A DNA stretch of 64,000 nt from Octopus sinensis (Eukaryota). The stretch is from assembly GCF_006345805.1 (NCBI RefSeq), contig NC_043000.1, forward strand, positions 24,304,001 to 24,368,000. The letters run 5' to 3'. The position numbers and the translations under genes were made by a program. The notes under the pieces were generated by a model that saw only the letters and a list, made by a program, of their open reading frames with translations, did not search any database and was not told where the DNA came from. Shown one piece after another: positions 52,255 to 64,000 of this stretch. How positions within the stretch are numbered: position 1 is the stretch's first letter; every line of letters begins with the position of its first letter.

Positions 52255-52474
52255 ACTATTTCTTTACTACCCACAAGAGGACAAACAAGGATAGACAAAC
52301 GGATTAAGTCGATTACATCGACCCCCAGTGTGTAACTGGTACTTAATTTATCGATCCCGAAAGGATGAAAGGCAAAGTTGACCTCGGTGGAATTTGAACT
52401 CAGAACGTAACGGCAGATGAAATACGGCTATGTATTTCGCCCGGCGTGCTAACGTTTCTGCCAGCTTGCCGCCT
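52255..52474 (-). mobile_element. SINE family A flanked by an 89-bp direct repeat
   Basis: 52166-52254 and 52475-52563 are identical except for one base. Confidence 0.88.
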
Positions 52475-52705
52475 TATATACATATACAATGAGCTTCTTT
52501 CAGTTTCTGTCTACTAAATCCACTCATATGGCTGGGGCTATAGTAACCATTCAGCAATTTATACTACATTTGGTGAACACTAGTGTCATCATTAGTTACA
52601 GATTTTCAATGAGTCAATCACTGGTTTACTTGGGCCAACTTTTCAAGGCAATGATCCAGCATGGCCACAATAATTTATGTTTGCTCTCCTAATTATATGC
52701 ATGTA

Positions 52706-52891
52706 GGCGCAGGAGTGGCTGTGTGGTAAGTAGCTTGCTTACCAACCACATGGTTCCGGGTTCAGTCCCACTGCGTGGCACCTTGGGCAAGTGTCTTCTA
52801 CTATAGCCTCAAGCTGACCAAAGTCTTGTGAGTGGATTTGGTAGACGAAAACTGAAAAAAGCCTGTCGTATATATGTGTGTGTGTGTGTGT

Positions 52892-52923
<32 letters not shown>

Positions 52924-53115
52924 TTGTCCCCCTCCCCCCAAATCGCATGACAACCGATGCTGGTGTGTTTACGTCCCTGTAACTTAGCGGTTCGGCAAAA
53001 AGAGACCGAAAGAATAAGTACTAGGCTTCCTAAGAATAAGTCCTGGGGTCGATTTCCTCGACTAAAGGCAGTGCCCCAGCATGGCCACAGTCAAATGACT
53101 GAAACAAGTAAAAGA
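52706..53115 (+). mobile_element. SINE family B, full length
   Basis: Head ggcgcaggagtggctgtgtggtaag through tail gactgaaacaagtaaaagag. Confidence 0.88.
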
Positions 53116-53446
53116 GAGAGTAGTTGTATGTTGGTCTGAATGAGGGATGTGTTTGTGTGTGCGTGTGCACACACACACAAATACATTTTTGTATGCTTGT
53201 TTTCTAATTCAGTTGCAGAGAGGATCCTGAGTAGGTCGCAAGAACATGCAAATAACATTTTACAATAGAAAAAGGGCAATGACAGTTGTTTGGTATGAAG
53301 CCGGTTTGATGGTAGTAACATTCATCATTCAACAGTCGAGACTTCTCTTCAATATCATTTGTTTGACAAACATACATCTATGTTATTTATCATTTGTTTG
53401 ATGGTAATAATACATGCACACGTTTATTACAACATTTATTACTCTT

Positions 53447-53840
53447 TTACTCGTTTACTTGTTTCAGTCATTTGACTGCGGCCATGCTGGAGCACCGCCT
53501 TTAATCGAGCAACTCGACTCCGGGACTTATTCTTTGTAAGCCCAGTACTTATTCTATCGGTCTTTTTTTGCCGAACCACTAAGTGACGGGGACATAAACA
53601 CACCAGCATCGGTTGTCAAGCAATGCTAGGGGGACAGACACAGAAACACAAACATGCATATATATATATACATATATACGACGGGCTTCTTCCAGTTTCC
53701 GTCTACCAAATCCACTCACAAGGCTTTGGTCGGCCCGAGGCTATAGTAGAAGACACTTGCCCAAGGTGCCACACAGTGGGACTGAACCCGGAACCATGTG
53801 GTTGGTAAACAAGCTACTTACCACACAGCCACTCCTGCGC
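53447..53840 (-). mobile_element. SINE family B, full length, inverted relative to 52706-53115
   Basis: Reverse complement of the family B consensus. Confidence 0.88.
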
Positions 53841-55475
53841 ATATGTTTGATAATAATTATTATTTGTTTGATAATAATACACACACACACATTTATGGTT
53901 GTTATTAATTGACAGTAAAACATACACAATGGTGGAGATATTTTTGAATATAGAAATATATGTTAATGGTAATGATATGGTTTGACAGTAACGACAAAAA
54001 TGCTTTTAAGACTGAAGAGACCTTGGTTTGACGTTAAAGAAATGTTTTGGAGAATGTAAACATTCTTTGGTAAAGAGATGTTTATTTAATATGGAAAAAA
54101 TTTTGTTACATAAAGCAGTATCTCTAGTTTCAAATGGGAACATAGTTTGGGTACACATACATGGATGTGTGTGTGTGTAGGTATATGAATGTATATGTGT
54201 TCATTCTTGAGAAAGAGGGAAAACACACACACAAACAAGCTTTTGGTTGTTAGTTTGTGTTGGTATTATTTACAGGACTGTCGTAGCTGTTTAACCTCTT
54301 CCCACTCTCACACCCAGACCAAAATTGTTCCAGCCATGACCATCCAGTCTTTCTTTAAAGCTATAGTAGGACAACATGATCTAATATGTCCTTTTCCTTA
54401 TTTAAAATCAGTAAGGTGTTATTTAGGGGAGATTCAGCTGCTATTTCAACAAGGTTGATTAAACAGCCATGTAGAGGCTCTCTCCTCGTTAGCTCTGTCT
54501 TACACAATTAATTCCAGATGGTGTAGAGAAATAAGTAAACAAACCCCAGTAAATTAAAAAAACAAGCAAAAAACCCTCAAAAGTCTGTACCAACAAGTAA
54601 GGCAAGGACTTGCTCCCTTGGCCAACCAACAACAAACAGCTAATCTATAATTAATTCTAGACTTACCTTCTTTTTAAAGTTTAGGTGCCATTGTAAACAT
54701 ATCAACAAGGGTTTGTAAGGTTTGTGAACAACATGATGGTGGCGGTGGTGATGGCAGTGGTGGTGGTGGTGGTGGGTAGAGGTGACTGATGGTGATGATG
54801 TATGAAAGGACCCTCTTTTACTTCTTCCCTCACATAATATATGACAAGGAACAGCCTCTCACCTGCTACACCCCCCATCCCCTGAATATTGGCAAACTTA
54901 GCATAGAGTTGAGGGTGTAGGTGTGGTGGTGGTTGTGGTGTAGAGTGAGAGAGAGAGGATGGTGGTGGAAGGGTGAGGAAAGGGGCTGAGTTCTGGTTGA
55001 GAACTAGAACACAGAAGGGTGCCATGAAAACAAGCAAGATTGTAGATATGTGATAGTCAAGATAATCAGACAGAATAATACAACTAGACTTCATCACTGA
55101 AATAAAAATGAAAAATGTAAAAAAATAAAGATTAAAAAAAAGGAAAGAGGGGAGAGAGAGAGATGATTGCTTTTGGCTTAAGGTACATGGGTGGTGTGCA
55201 TATATATATATATATATATGCGATACACACACATACATACATATACACATACAGATGTGTGCGCGTACACACACACATACATATATAACCCGGTGCACGA
55301 GCACATGCACACACACACACGCACACACATAAACTAAGGTGATGGAGAATGACAAATCAAATATGGTGGCAAGTTGGGGAAATAATTTACCTTTAACCTC
55401 CTTTTCTGCTAAAACAAATAAACAGGTAACAAATTAGAATTATGATTTTCAAATCCCTCTAGTTGTGTGTCTGCT

Positions 55476-55534
<59 letters not shown>

Positions 55535-55599
55535 ATATAAACAATAACACTGAAAATTGAGATGTAGCATTATCGCTGAGTAAATGTAACTAATAAAAT

Positions 55600-56020
55600 C
55601 ATCATCATCATCCTTGTTTAACGTCGGGTTTTCCATGCTGGCATGGGTTGGATGGTTTGACAGAGGACTGGTGAGCCAGAAGGCTGCACCAGGCTCCAAT
55701 CCGATCTGGCAAAGTTTCTACAGCTGGATGCCCTTCCTAATGCCAACCACTCTCTGGGTGTAGTGGGAGCTTTACGTGCCACTGGCACGAGGGCTAGTCA
55801 GGCGGTTCTGGCAACGACCACACTCAAAAAGTGTTTTTTACATGCTACCTGCATGGGGGCCAGTCCAGCAGCACTGGCAATGACCATGCTCGAATGTTGT
55901 TTTTCATGTGCCACCAGCCAGCACATGTGCCGGTAAGGTGATGCTGGCAAAGATCACGATTGAATGGTACCTTTTACATGCCACCAGCACAGGAGCCAAT
56001 CTGTGGCCCTGGCAACGATC
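55600..56020 (-). mobile_element. Retroposon family C with four or five upstream modules
   Basis: (ATC)n tail, body, then repeated tttt(a/c)(c/a)(g/a)tg(c)cacc-type modules. Confidence 0.78.
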
Positions 56021-56373
56021 ACAGCTAAACTAAATTTCAAAAATTAAATACTACATCACAATTTCTACCAATTCCCCTCACACCCCACACCCTTTCCACG
56101 TTTCTCCTTATTCTTTATAGATTTGATAAATCCTTCCAAACTGGTCAGAAGGATAACTAAATAAAGGAAGTCAGCCATAGCTTAATAATAATAATAATAA
56201 TCCTTTCTACTATAAGCACAAGGCCTCCATATTTGGTGGTGCCATTTACATTGCCCCTCCCCCAGTATTCAACTGGTACTTTATTCTTTTCAACTCTAGG
56301 CACAAAGACCCCAATTTTTTTTTTTTTTGGTGGGGTGTGGCCAGTCGATTAGATCGACCCAGTATGCAACTGG

Positions 56374-56880
56374 GGATCTTTTCAAATTTGTGGCCAGGAC
56401 CCCAGATCTTTCTAGTTAACTAAATAATTTGAAACTTTGTGTACTCATAGAGTGGAACTAGTTTATTTGAGAAAAATCTATATTATGACTTTAATCGTAG
56501 ATTAAAACTGCGAATTTTAACCAATGAGATTGCTTGTTTTCATATCTAAAACGTTACTGCGATCTGTTAGTGTGACGTTGAAAGCAGTTTTGTGACGTCT
56601 GCTATTTCTAAAAAGCTTGTGTGTGGTAAAGTAATTTTTTTACTTTACGATATTTTTATAATTATATCGGAGAATCCATATTTTTATAACATATATCGGA
56701 GAATCCATGTGATTTTTCGTTGTTTTCTCTTATACGTATGTGAATTATTTCTGAATATGCATTGTCTGGGAGACTTTTTCTTGCAGTTGAGAAATTTTTG
56801 GCTGCTATTTCTAAAAAGCTCGGTGTGTGGTTAAGTAATTTTTTTACTTTACCATATTTTTATAAATTAATATATATATA

Positions 56881-56944
<64 letters not shown>

Positions 56945-57595
56945 ATATATAATTTTTTACTCGGTGTATGTGTATATGTATGTCTGCATGTGTGTGTGTA
57001 TGTATGTGTGTGTGGTGTGTGTAAGTATGTGTAAAAAATTACATTGAATCGGCCATACATACATACATACATACATACATACATACACATACACAGATAC
57101 ATACACACATACATTCAGGCATATACACATACACCGAGTAAAAAATTTCAGTTATCTCTCTCTTTCATACATTACTCTCTCTGTCTCTTCACACACACTA
57201 ACAGAAGCACTTCACTTACACAACATACTGTCTCCCACACCCCATCAAACACACACACACACACATGTACATCAATGCTTCTCCTAGCCGGTAACTTCAA
57301 AGACAAACTTTTGTTATTAGAAGGTGGCTGACTATAGCTTGTTTACATTTAAGATGTTTAATACGTCACGAAATTGGTGGTCGAGACGGAGTAAATAAAA
57401 TAAAGCCGAATGAGGAATATCATTGGTTAAAATTCTAATTATTAAACAACGTTAAACTTAGAAGTTACAATTCTGTTTTTATTCTGGTTTACAATTAAGT
57501 TTACTTTTGACACATTCTACCAGTATACGAAGTTTCAAATTGTTTGGTTCAGTAGGAAAAATTTGAAAAAACTGGCTTCAGAATAGAAAAGATCC
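56374..57595. mobile_element. Mutator-like non-autonomous foldback element (1222 bp) inserted in a SINE
   Basis: Perfect 9-bp TSD TGCAACTGG (56365-56373, 57596-57604), termini GGATCTTTTC/GAAAAGATCC and long degenerate TIRs; the SINE resumes exactly after the TSD. Confidence 0.82.
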
Positions 57596-58134
57596 TGCAA
57601 CTGGTACTTAATTTATCAACACTGAAAGGATGAAAGGCAAAGTTGACCTAGAAAGAATTTGAACGCAAAATGTAAAGACATGAAATACTGCTAAGCATTC
57701 TGGCTGGCATGCTAATGATTCCGTGAGCTAAATAATCTAATAATAATAATAATAGCAATAATCCTTTTTACTAAAGGCCCAGGGCCTGACACTTTGGGAG
57801 ATGGGGGAAATCAATTACTTTGACCCCCAGTACTGAATTGCCCTAGTGTAGCTAGTGGGGGAGGCAATAGGGGCAGCATTTTCCATCCTGGTGTAGGCAA
57901 TCCGGGTTTTTTGTGGGTGGCAAACGGAAGAGCTGCCCTGGGTGGTACACACTCTAACTATGCGAGGGCTCAACTGATACTTATTTTATTGATCCTAAAA
58001 GGATGAAAGGCAGAGTCGACTCAAGTGGCATTTGAAACCAGAACTTGAAGATGGACAAAATGCTGCTAAGCATTTTGCCCAGTGTACTAACGATTCTGCC
58101 AGCTCACCGCCCTAAATAATAATAATAATAGCAG

Positions 58135-58520
58135 TAGAGGAGTAGTTGTGTGGTAAGTAGCTTGCTTAGGGTTCAGTCCCACTGTATGGCACTTTGGGCA
58201 AGTGTCTTTTACTATAGCCTCGGGCCAACCAAAGCCTTGTGAGTGAATTTGGTAGACGGAAACTGAAAGAAGCCAGGTATATATATATATGTATGTACGT
58301 GTGTGTATATGTTTGTGTGTCTGTGTTTGTCCCTCCAACATTGCTTGACAACCAATGCTGGTGTGTTTACGTCCCCGTAACTTAGCGGATTCGGCAAAAG
58401 AGACCGATAGAATAAGTACTAGGCTTACAAAGAATAAGTCCTGGGGTCGATTTGCACGACTAAAGGCGGTGCTCCAGCATGGCTGCAGTCAAATGACTGA
58501 AACAAGTAAAAAGGTAAAGA
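58135..58520 (+). mobile_element. SINE family B with internal head deletion
   Basis: Family B sequence lacking the accaaccacatggttcc segment. Confidence 0.8.
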
Positions 58521-61207
58521 GAGTAGTAGCAAACAGCATAACGAAGGAAACCAACCAGAAGAAGAATACTTTTAAATTGAAAGAGAAGTATACTATAATT
58601 TATTAATAGGGGAAGGAGGGAAGCTGTTGCACTTTCAGACAAATATTGATGAAAAACCTCCTTTAGAAATAAAAATTACTCATTCATTTGTTTATTTTTC
58701 AACAGCTTGTTCTTTTATAGTTTATTTAGTTTCAGTAATTTATGCAAATTAATAATATTTAGTTGATTGCCATGGTTGTGGAGTAGATGTAGTGGGTGTT
58801 GGGAATGGGTTAGGATAATAGGTAAAGAAAAGGGAGAGAGAGGTGACTTTAAAAACATAAAAATAGTAAACGAAAGAGAAACAGACAGAAGTGGTAACAT
58901 CTGGTGAGTGTTATTTTGGCTGATGTAAGCAGAGCCTTAGCCAAGCAACAGTCACTTTTGCTCAACCCTGATTAGGGGTGGAAAGGGGTTAGTAAGAGTA
59001 GATAGACCCAGTACATCAAGATGTACAAACTGAGAGATACAGAGGTTGAAGGTAGGGGATGCTTAGTGGTGAAATAGGCACAGAGATGAGGGTGAAGAGA
59101 TTGAAAAAGGAGGGTTTTAATAGGGGCCAAGCAGTCTGCTGTTGTTTTATAGTAATTCCTCCTGCCACATCATGCCAGAACTAAATCTTAGTCAAAGACT
59201 TTTTTTTGGTTTCTTCTCTTTTTTACTACTTTTTTTTTGTTCTTTTTTTGCTTGTCGATTTTAAAGGGAGGCACAGAAACAAATATCTGATAGAAGGGAT
59301 TGGCTAGAAATAAAGAAAGAGAGAAAGAAAGAACACATAAAAAGGGCTAAATTTGAAATTGATAACCCTCCCCCCCACTGAAATATAAGACAGCCTTGAG
59401 CAATAAAAATATCTACATGATGAAATTGGTTGATAACAGATAGGTAGAAAGTAGGGAATAAAAAGGAGAGACAGAGAGAGATGGGGTCGAGTATATGTGT
59501 GAATATAGGTGAAGACATCCCGCCAAAATAGAAAGAAGGTTGTACCTGAAGATTCCTAATCAAAGTTGGTGTCAGTTAAAAAATAGGTTCTGATAAAAAT
59601 CCCTATGGAAGACTCACTTTTCTTTCAGGTGGATAGAAACTTAACTCTTTTAATGCCAATCCATTTCAGACCATCCATGATGCTAAAATTGGTCCTTAAA
59701 AACCTTCCATTATATAAATTTATGTAAGAACCTTTTGTTATGTGGTATGTTCCAAATATTACCTTCATAATGAAAAAAAAATCATTATTTTAATTAAATC
59801 CATTCAAATTCTCAATTATTTTGAAGATTTAATTAAAACACATGGACAGGTAAAATTCATTAGAGATATGACTACAAATTCACATTATCTATTCATTTAT
59901 TTATTTCCAGTGTTAAATGAACCTGCTTCATTCTAAATTTGTTAATTAGTAAACAAAATGATAGGTTGGTTTATTAAGCCTCAGATCAAGCCTTATCAAG
60001 TAGACCTAGGATCAAAGACATTCCAACTATGGCCATTATGTTTTATTAGAGGAACTATTATCTAATAAGCCCTTCCCTTTTAAAAAAAATGGCAGTGTTA
60101 CCTGAGAGAGATTTAACTGTTAATTCTAGCAGAACAAATAATGTAGTTTTCATTTAAAAAAAAAAGTTCTCATGGAAGTTCTGCATATGCCATTATATGA
60201 TGGTTTATAAAATGCACATTTTTATTAAAAAAAAAATCTCCAAAATTCACCCTGGGTCCTTTATATGAAGTTGGGCATCCTATAAGCTAATTTTGTTCCA
60301 GACACAATTTTTCCTGAATGAGCTGCTGAAATTGAGGTGTGTCTAAAATGCCCTTAGTCTTTTATGCCATCAAATATGGTAAGAAGCACTTGCGAGGGAT
60401 TTGAGAGAGAGAAAATGGAAGTGAGAGAGGCTGAGATGATGATGATGAAATTTATATTTATTTCAACCCTTTCAGACATTGCTTTCATGTAGTAGGTGTC
60501 ATATTTTGGCTGCCTTAGCAATCGTCCCCCCCCCCCACAAAGGTACATTCACATTAGCAGCAAGTGAAAGACTGAGAAAAATGTCTTTAAATTAAGCAAA
60601 CTTTCATCTTAGATAAATGGTGGATTATAGTTTAAGGAATATCCTCTTTAGTCTCGCTTATTGAGGCTAATGATATGTGATGCTTACTTGGAACAGTAGA
60701 CCTTAAAAAATAAAAGAAAAGAAAAGAGAAATCTTCTGGTTATGTTATATTCTTATTCTTTACAGTCAATCATCCAAAAATTCTGACAATCAAAATCAAA
60801 GAAATTCTTCAGAGATTCACAGAAAAACTGAAAAGTCTTGCATTGCTTTACGGCAAATAACTGATACATAATTGATGTACAGCATATTACATATCGCTTT
60901 AGCACAGGAGTTTTGTGTGTAAATATCAAAGGTTCTCCCTCAGCCATAAGCTCATAAGGCTGGTTTCCCAGATCCTATGGTGAATATATATATTCCTCTT
61001 GCTAGATGGGACACTGGCCCATCACAAGATTTTTCATTTGCAGAATGTGAAACGAAGAGTTTTGCTCAAGAGCACAATGCAACACCTGATCCAGGAATTG
61101 AAATCATAATCTAAACCATGCACCTCCACCACACACACACACATATATATAAACACACCCAAGCACACACATACAATTCTGTTGATTCACCAAGAAGTAA
61201 TAAATTA

Positions 61208-61667
61208 CATAAGTGTAGAATAGGAGTGGCTGTGTGATAAGTAGCTTGCTTACCAACCACATGGTTCCGGGTTCAGTCCCACTGCGTGGCACCTTGGGCA
61301 AGTGTCTTCTACTATAGCATCCAGCCAACCAAAGCCTTGTGAGTGGATTTGATAGACGGAAACTGAAAGAAGCCTGTCGTATATATGTATATATATATAT
61401 GTGAGTGTATAAGTTTGTGTGTCTGAGTTTGTCCCCACAACATTGCTTGACAAACAAAGACACACAAACATACACACACATATATACATATATACGATGG
61501 ACTTCTTTCAGTTTCCGTCTACCAAATCCACTCACAAGGCTTTGGCCTGCCTGAGGCTATAGTAGAAGACACTTACCCAAGGTGCCATGCAGTGGGACTG
61601 AACCCGGAACCATATGGTTGGTAAGCAAACTACTTACCACACAGCCACTCCTACTCATACATTTATG
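61208..61667. repeat. Palindrome formed by two tail-to-tail SINE family B halves
   Basis: 61221 to about 61450 on plus and about 61450-61653 on minus, with no unique spacer. Confidence 0.88.
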
Positions 61668-64000
61668 GGATTAAAATTACTTGAAATTGGACAGATAGAC
61701 AATGGTACTGGAAGTGATGAAGACAGTACCAGAAAGTGAGCATATGGAAGTTTTCTTGAAGCATGTGATGGATTTATGTTGAAGTAAAAGCTTAGGACTG
61801 TAAAGACAGCATTTAAATGCTTGTTTTTGAGGAGAAACGATGTCTCCTGTCAGGTAGTGCAATGGTAAGCACATTTGTCAGGCTATAAAAAGTGCTTGGT
61901 TTCATTTTTATGAGGCAATGTGTTATTCTATACTTCTCAACACTTGTTTATAAATGTTAGTGCATATATATGAGTATGGGTATGTATATACAGCTGTATG
62001 GCTAAGAAGCTTGCTTTCCAACCATGTGGTATCAGGTTCAGTCTCACTGGGTGGCACCTTGAGTTTCTTTTACTATATCCATGGGGCCAACCAACTCTTT
62101 GTGAGTGGAGTTGGTAGACAGATACCGAAAAAACTGTTGCATGTATGTGCATGTGTATGTTTGTGTATCTTTGTCTTGATATCAAGTGGTGGTTCCAAAT
62201 GAGAGTCGCCATCATACAACTTGAGTCATTTGTTTCTTGCCTTCTGTGCTAAACACACCTGACCACTGAATAATATTACCTTGATTGGAAACAGGTGAGG
62301 ATTGGCAACAAGAAGGGTATCTGGCTATAGAAAATCTGTTTCAATAAAATTCACCTGACCCAATCAAGCCATGGAAAAGTGGACATTATATGATACTGAT
62401 GATATATTACCTGAAAAAATAATTATCGACAAAAGCAAGCAGTATTAATACCAAAACATGATATTTCTATATTTATTATCCGCCTAGAGTCATCTTCACT
62501 TCAACAAAGCTAGACAAGATCATATTAGGTCACAATACTGGCCTTTTGGTTATCATACAGTGGGTTCTTACTCAGAGTTTTAGCCACAGAAAAAGATTAG
62601 AAATCTACCTTTAAGTTGAAGATGAAATAGTTATGATGGGTAATGTTGACAAAATACTTAATTGTATTCTGTCTCTCTGATAGGAGAATGTTCACATCAA
62701 TATTTCACTCAAATTTTAAACATCTAAACACTGAGAGACGTGGGGTACTAAGACCAATGTGGGGTACTAAGACCAGAGGGGGGAGGGTAAAAGAAACAGA
62801 AAATAAGTAAGGAGAAAATGAGGAAGAAGATTAGTAAGGAAGATGGCGAAGAAAGAGAAGGGATAGGGGACATTTTCCTCTTCCTCCTTTGTTTTCTTCA
62901 AAGATAGAAGAAAAGGAGAAAATAGAATAGGAAGGAAGAAGACATGAAGGAAGAAGCAGAAAAAATAAAAGCAAGATTTGGGGGGGGGGGTGAGAAAATA
63001 TAAACAAAGAAAAGCCCCATCAGCCCCACTAGTCTAATTAATATCCAGTTTTTGTTGTGAAATAAAAAGGGCTGTAAAACTTTAGTTTGTCATTATCATC
63101 TGGTCTTTGAATACTTCTAGTGAAGTCTGCTCTGTTGCAGGGATTCAGACCAGGCCCTAGTTACCTCTAGCAGACATTGACCTGTTGTAGGTAGATACCT
63201 TGACTGACTTATAAAAGAAAACAACAGACAGAACAAACTGCAATATGATGAAGGTGAGGAGGGGTACTTTTAAGAACAAAGAATAAACCCTTCAAGGAAT
63301 TGAAGTGAGGGAGTCAGGGATTGAAGAGAAAGTAGGACATGGTTTCATGCAGGGAATATAGTTGTAAGAGAGCAGCGACTGAATTATGCTTGCTAGGTAG
63401 GTAGGTAACCTTGTTAATTGGCGGGTAAATATGCAGAATGCTACATATCAGAACTGCTTATCAGAACCTGCACAGAGTACTGCACAATGAAGCCTCCTTA
63501 TAATGCTATATAGTAAGGTTGCAGCCGCAAGATAAAAATAAGGTAACTTTGTTGATTGGCAGGTAAAAAATGAAGAGTGTTGCATATCAAAACCTGTGCA
63601 GAATGCTGCACATGGAAGCCACTGCAGTGTGCTGTACAGTGAGGTTATTGCCATAAGTTAAAAATAACACTCTGCAAAATGTCACAGAATGGATTGTCTA
63701 TTGCATGCTGAAATAGGATGCAGGATGCATTGAGAGAGGAGCAAGAAACATGCAGAAAAAAATCAACACCTTAATGCAACAAACTGCAACATAGGTGCAG
63801 GAGTGGCTGCGTGATTAAGAAACTTGTTTTGCAAATATGTGGTTTAGGTTCAATCCCAGTGTGTGGCACCTTGGGTATGCGTCTTCTAATATAGTCAAAG
63901 ACTAACCTATGCCTTGTGAGTGAATCTGGCAGATGGAAACTGTGTGGACGCCTAGCTGGATTCCTGAAGTTGGTGTTGCAGATCAATAGGTTATTTGCAT

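Noticed and set aside
60766-60860. Plus-strand acceptor-like site followed by a short open frame (NHPKILTIKIKEILQRF...)
   Set aside because: No partner exons, donor or recognisable domain.
39581-64000. Searched for the WW1, guanylate-kinase and N-terminal PDZ exons of MAGI
   Set aside because: No segment encoding the expected motifs (for example NWE, DHN, WLDPR) with splice sites was found by eye. They probably lie beyond the window, although a very short exon could have been missed.

Overview
Eukaryotic, AT-rich window dense in microsatellites and SINEs. The repeat families resemble those of octopus (cephalopod) genomes; this is recognition only and was not confirmed by search. The whole 64 kb appears to lie inside one minus-strand gene, a MAGI-family scaffold (WW and PDZ domains). 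I reconstructed eight phase-compatible GT-AG coding exons: 39523-39580, 33178-33242, 25503-25580, 22059-22259, 17456-18118, 12581-12621, 11338-11434 and 4603-5765. They encode WW2, two complete PDZ domains, a long Ser/Pro/Arg-rich linker and the start of a third PDZ. Five of them (39.5k, 33.2k, 25.5k, 12.6k, 11.3k) are short and absent from the ORF track. The exons for the N-terminus/WW1 and for the rest of the third PDZ were not found and probably lie outside the window. The introns hold several tRNA-type SINE families, CR1/L2/RTE remnants and a varied set of non-autonomous DNA elements: Helitron-like, hAT, mariner, piggyBac-like and a Mutator-like foldback. The most interesting items are a minimal hammerhead-ribozyme motif inside a 68-bp inverted repeat on the MAGI-sense strand, an 89-bp target duplication around a SINE, a nested Mutator-like foldback, a palindromic SINE pair, and candidate cassette or paired micro-exons. 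Almost all other entries in the ORF track are microsatellite or SINE artefacts. I found no evidence for a wholly new multi-gene system.
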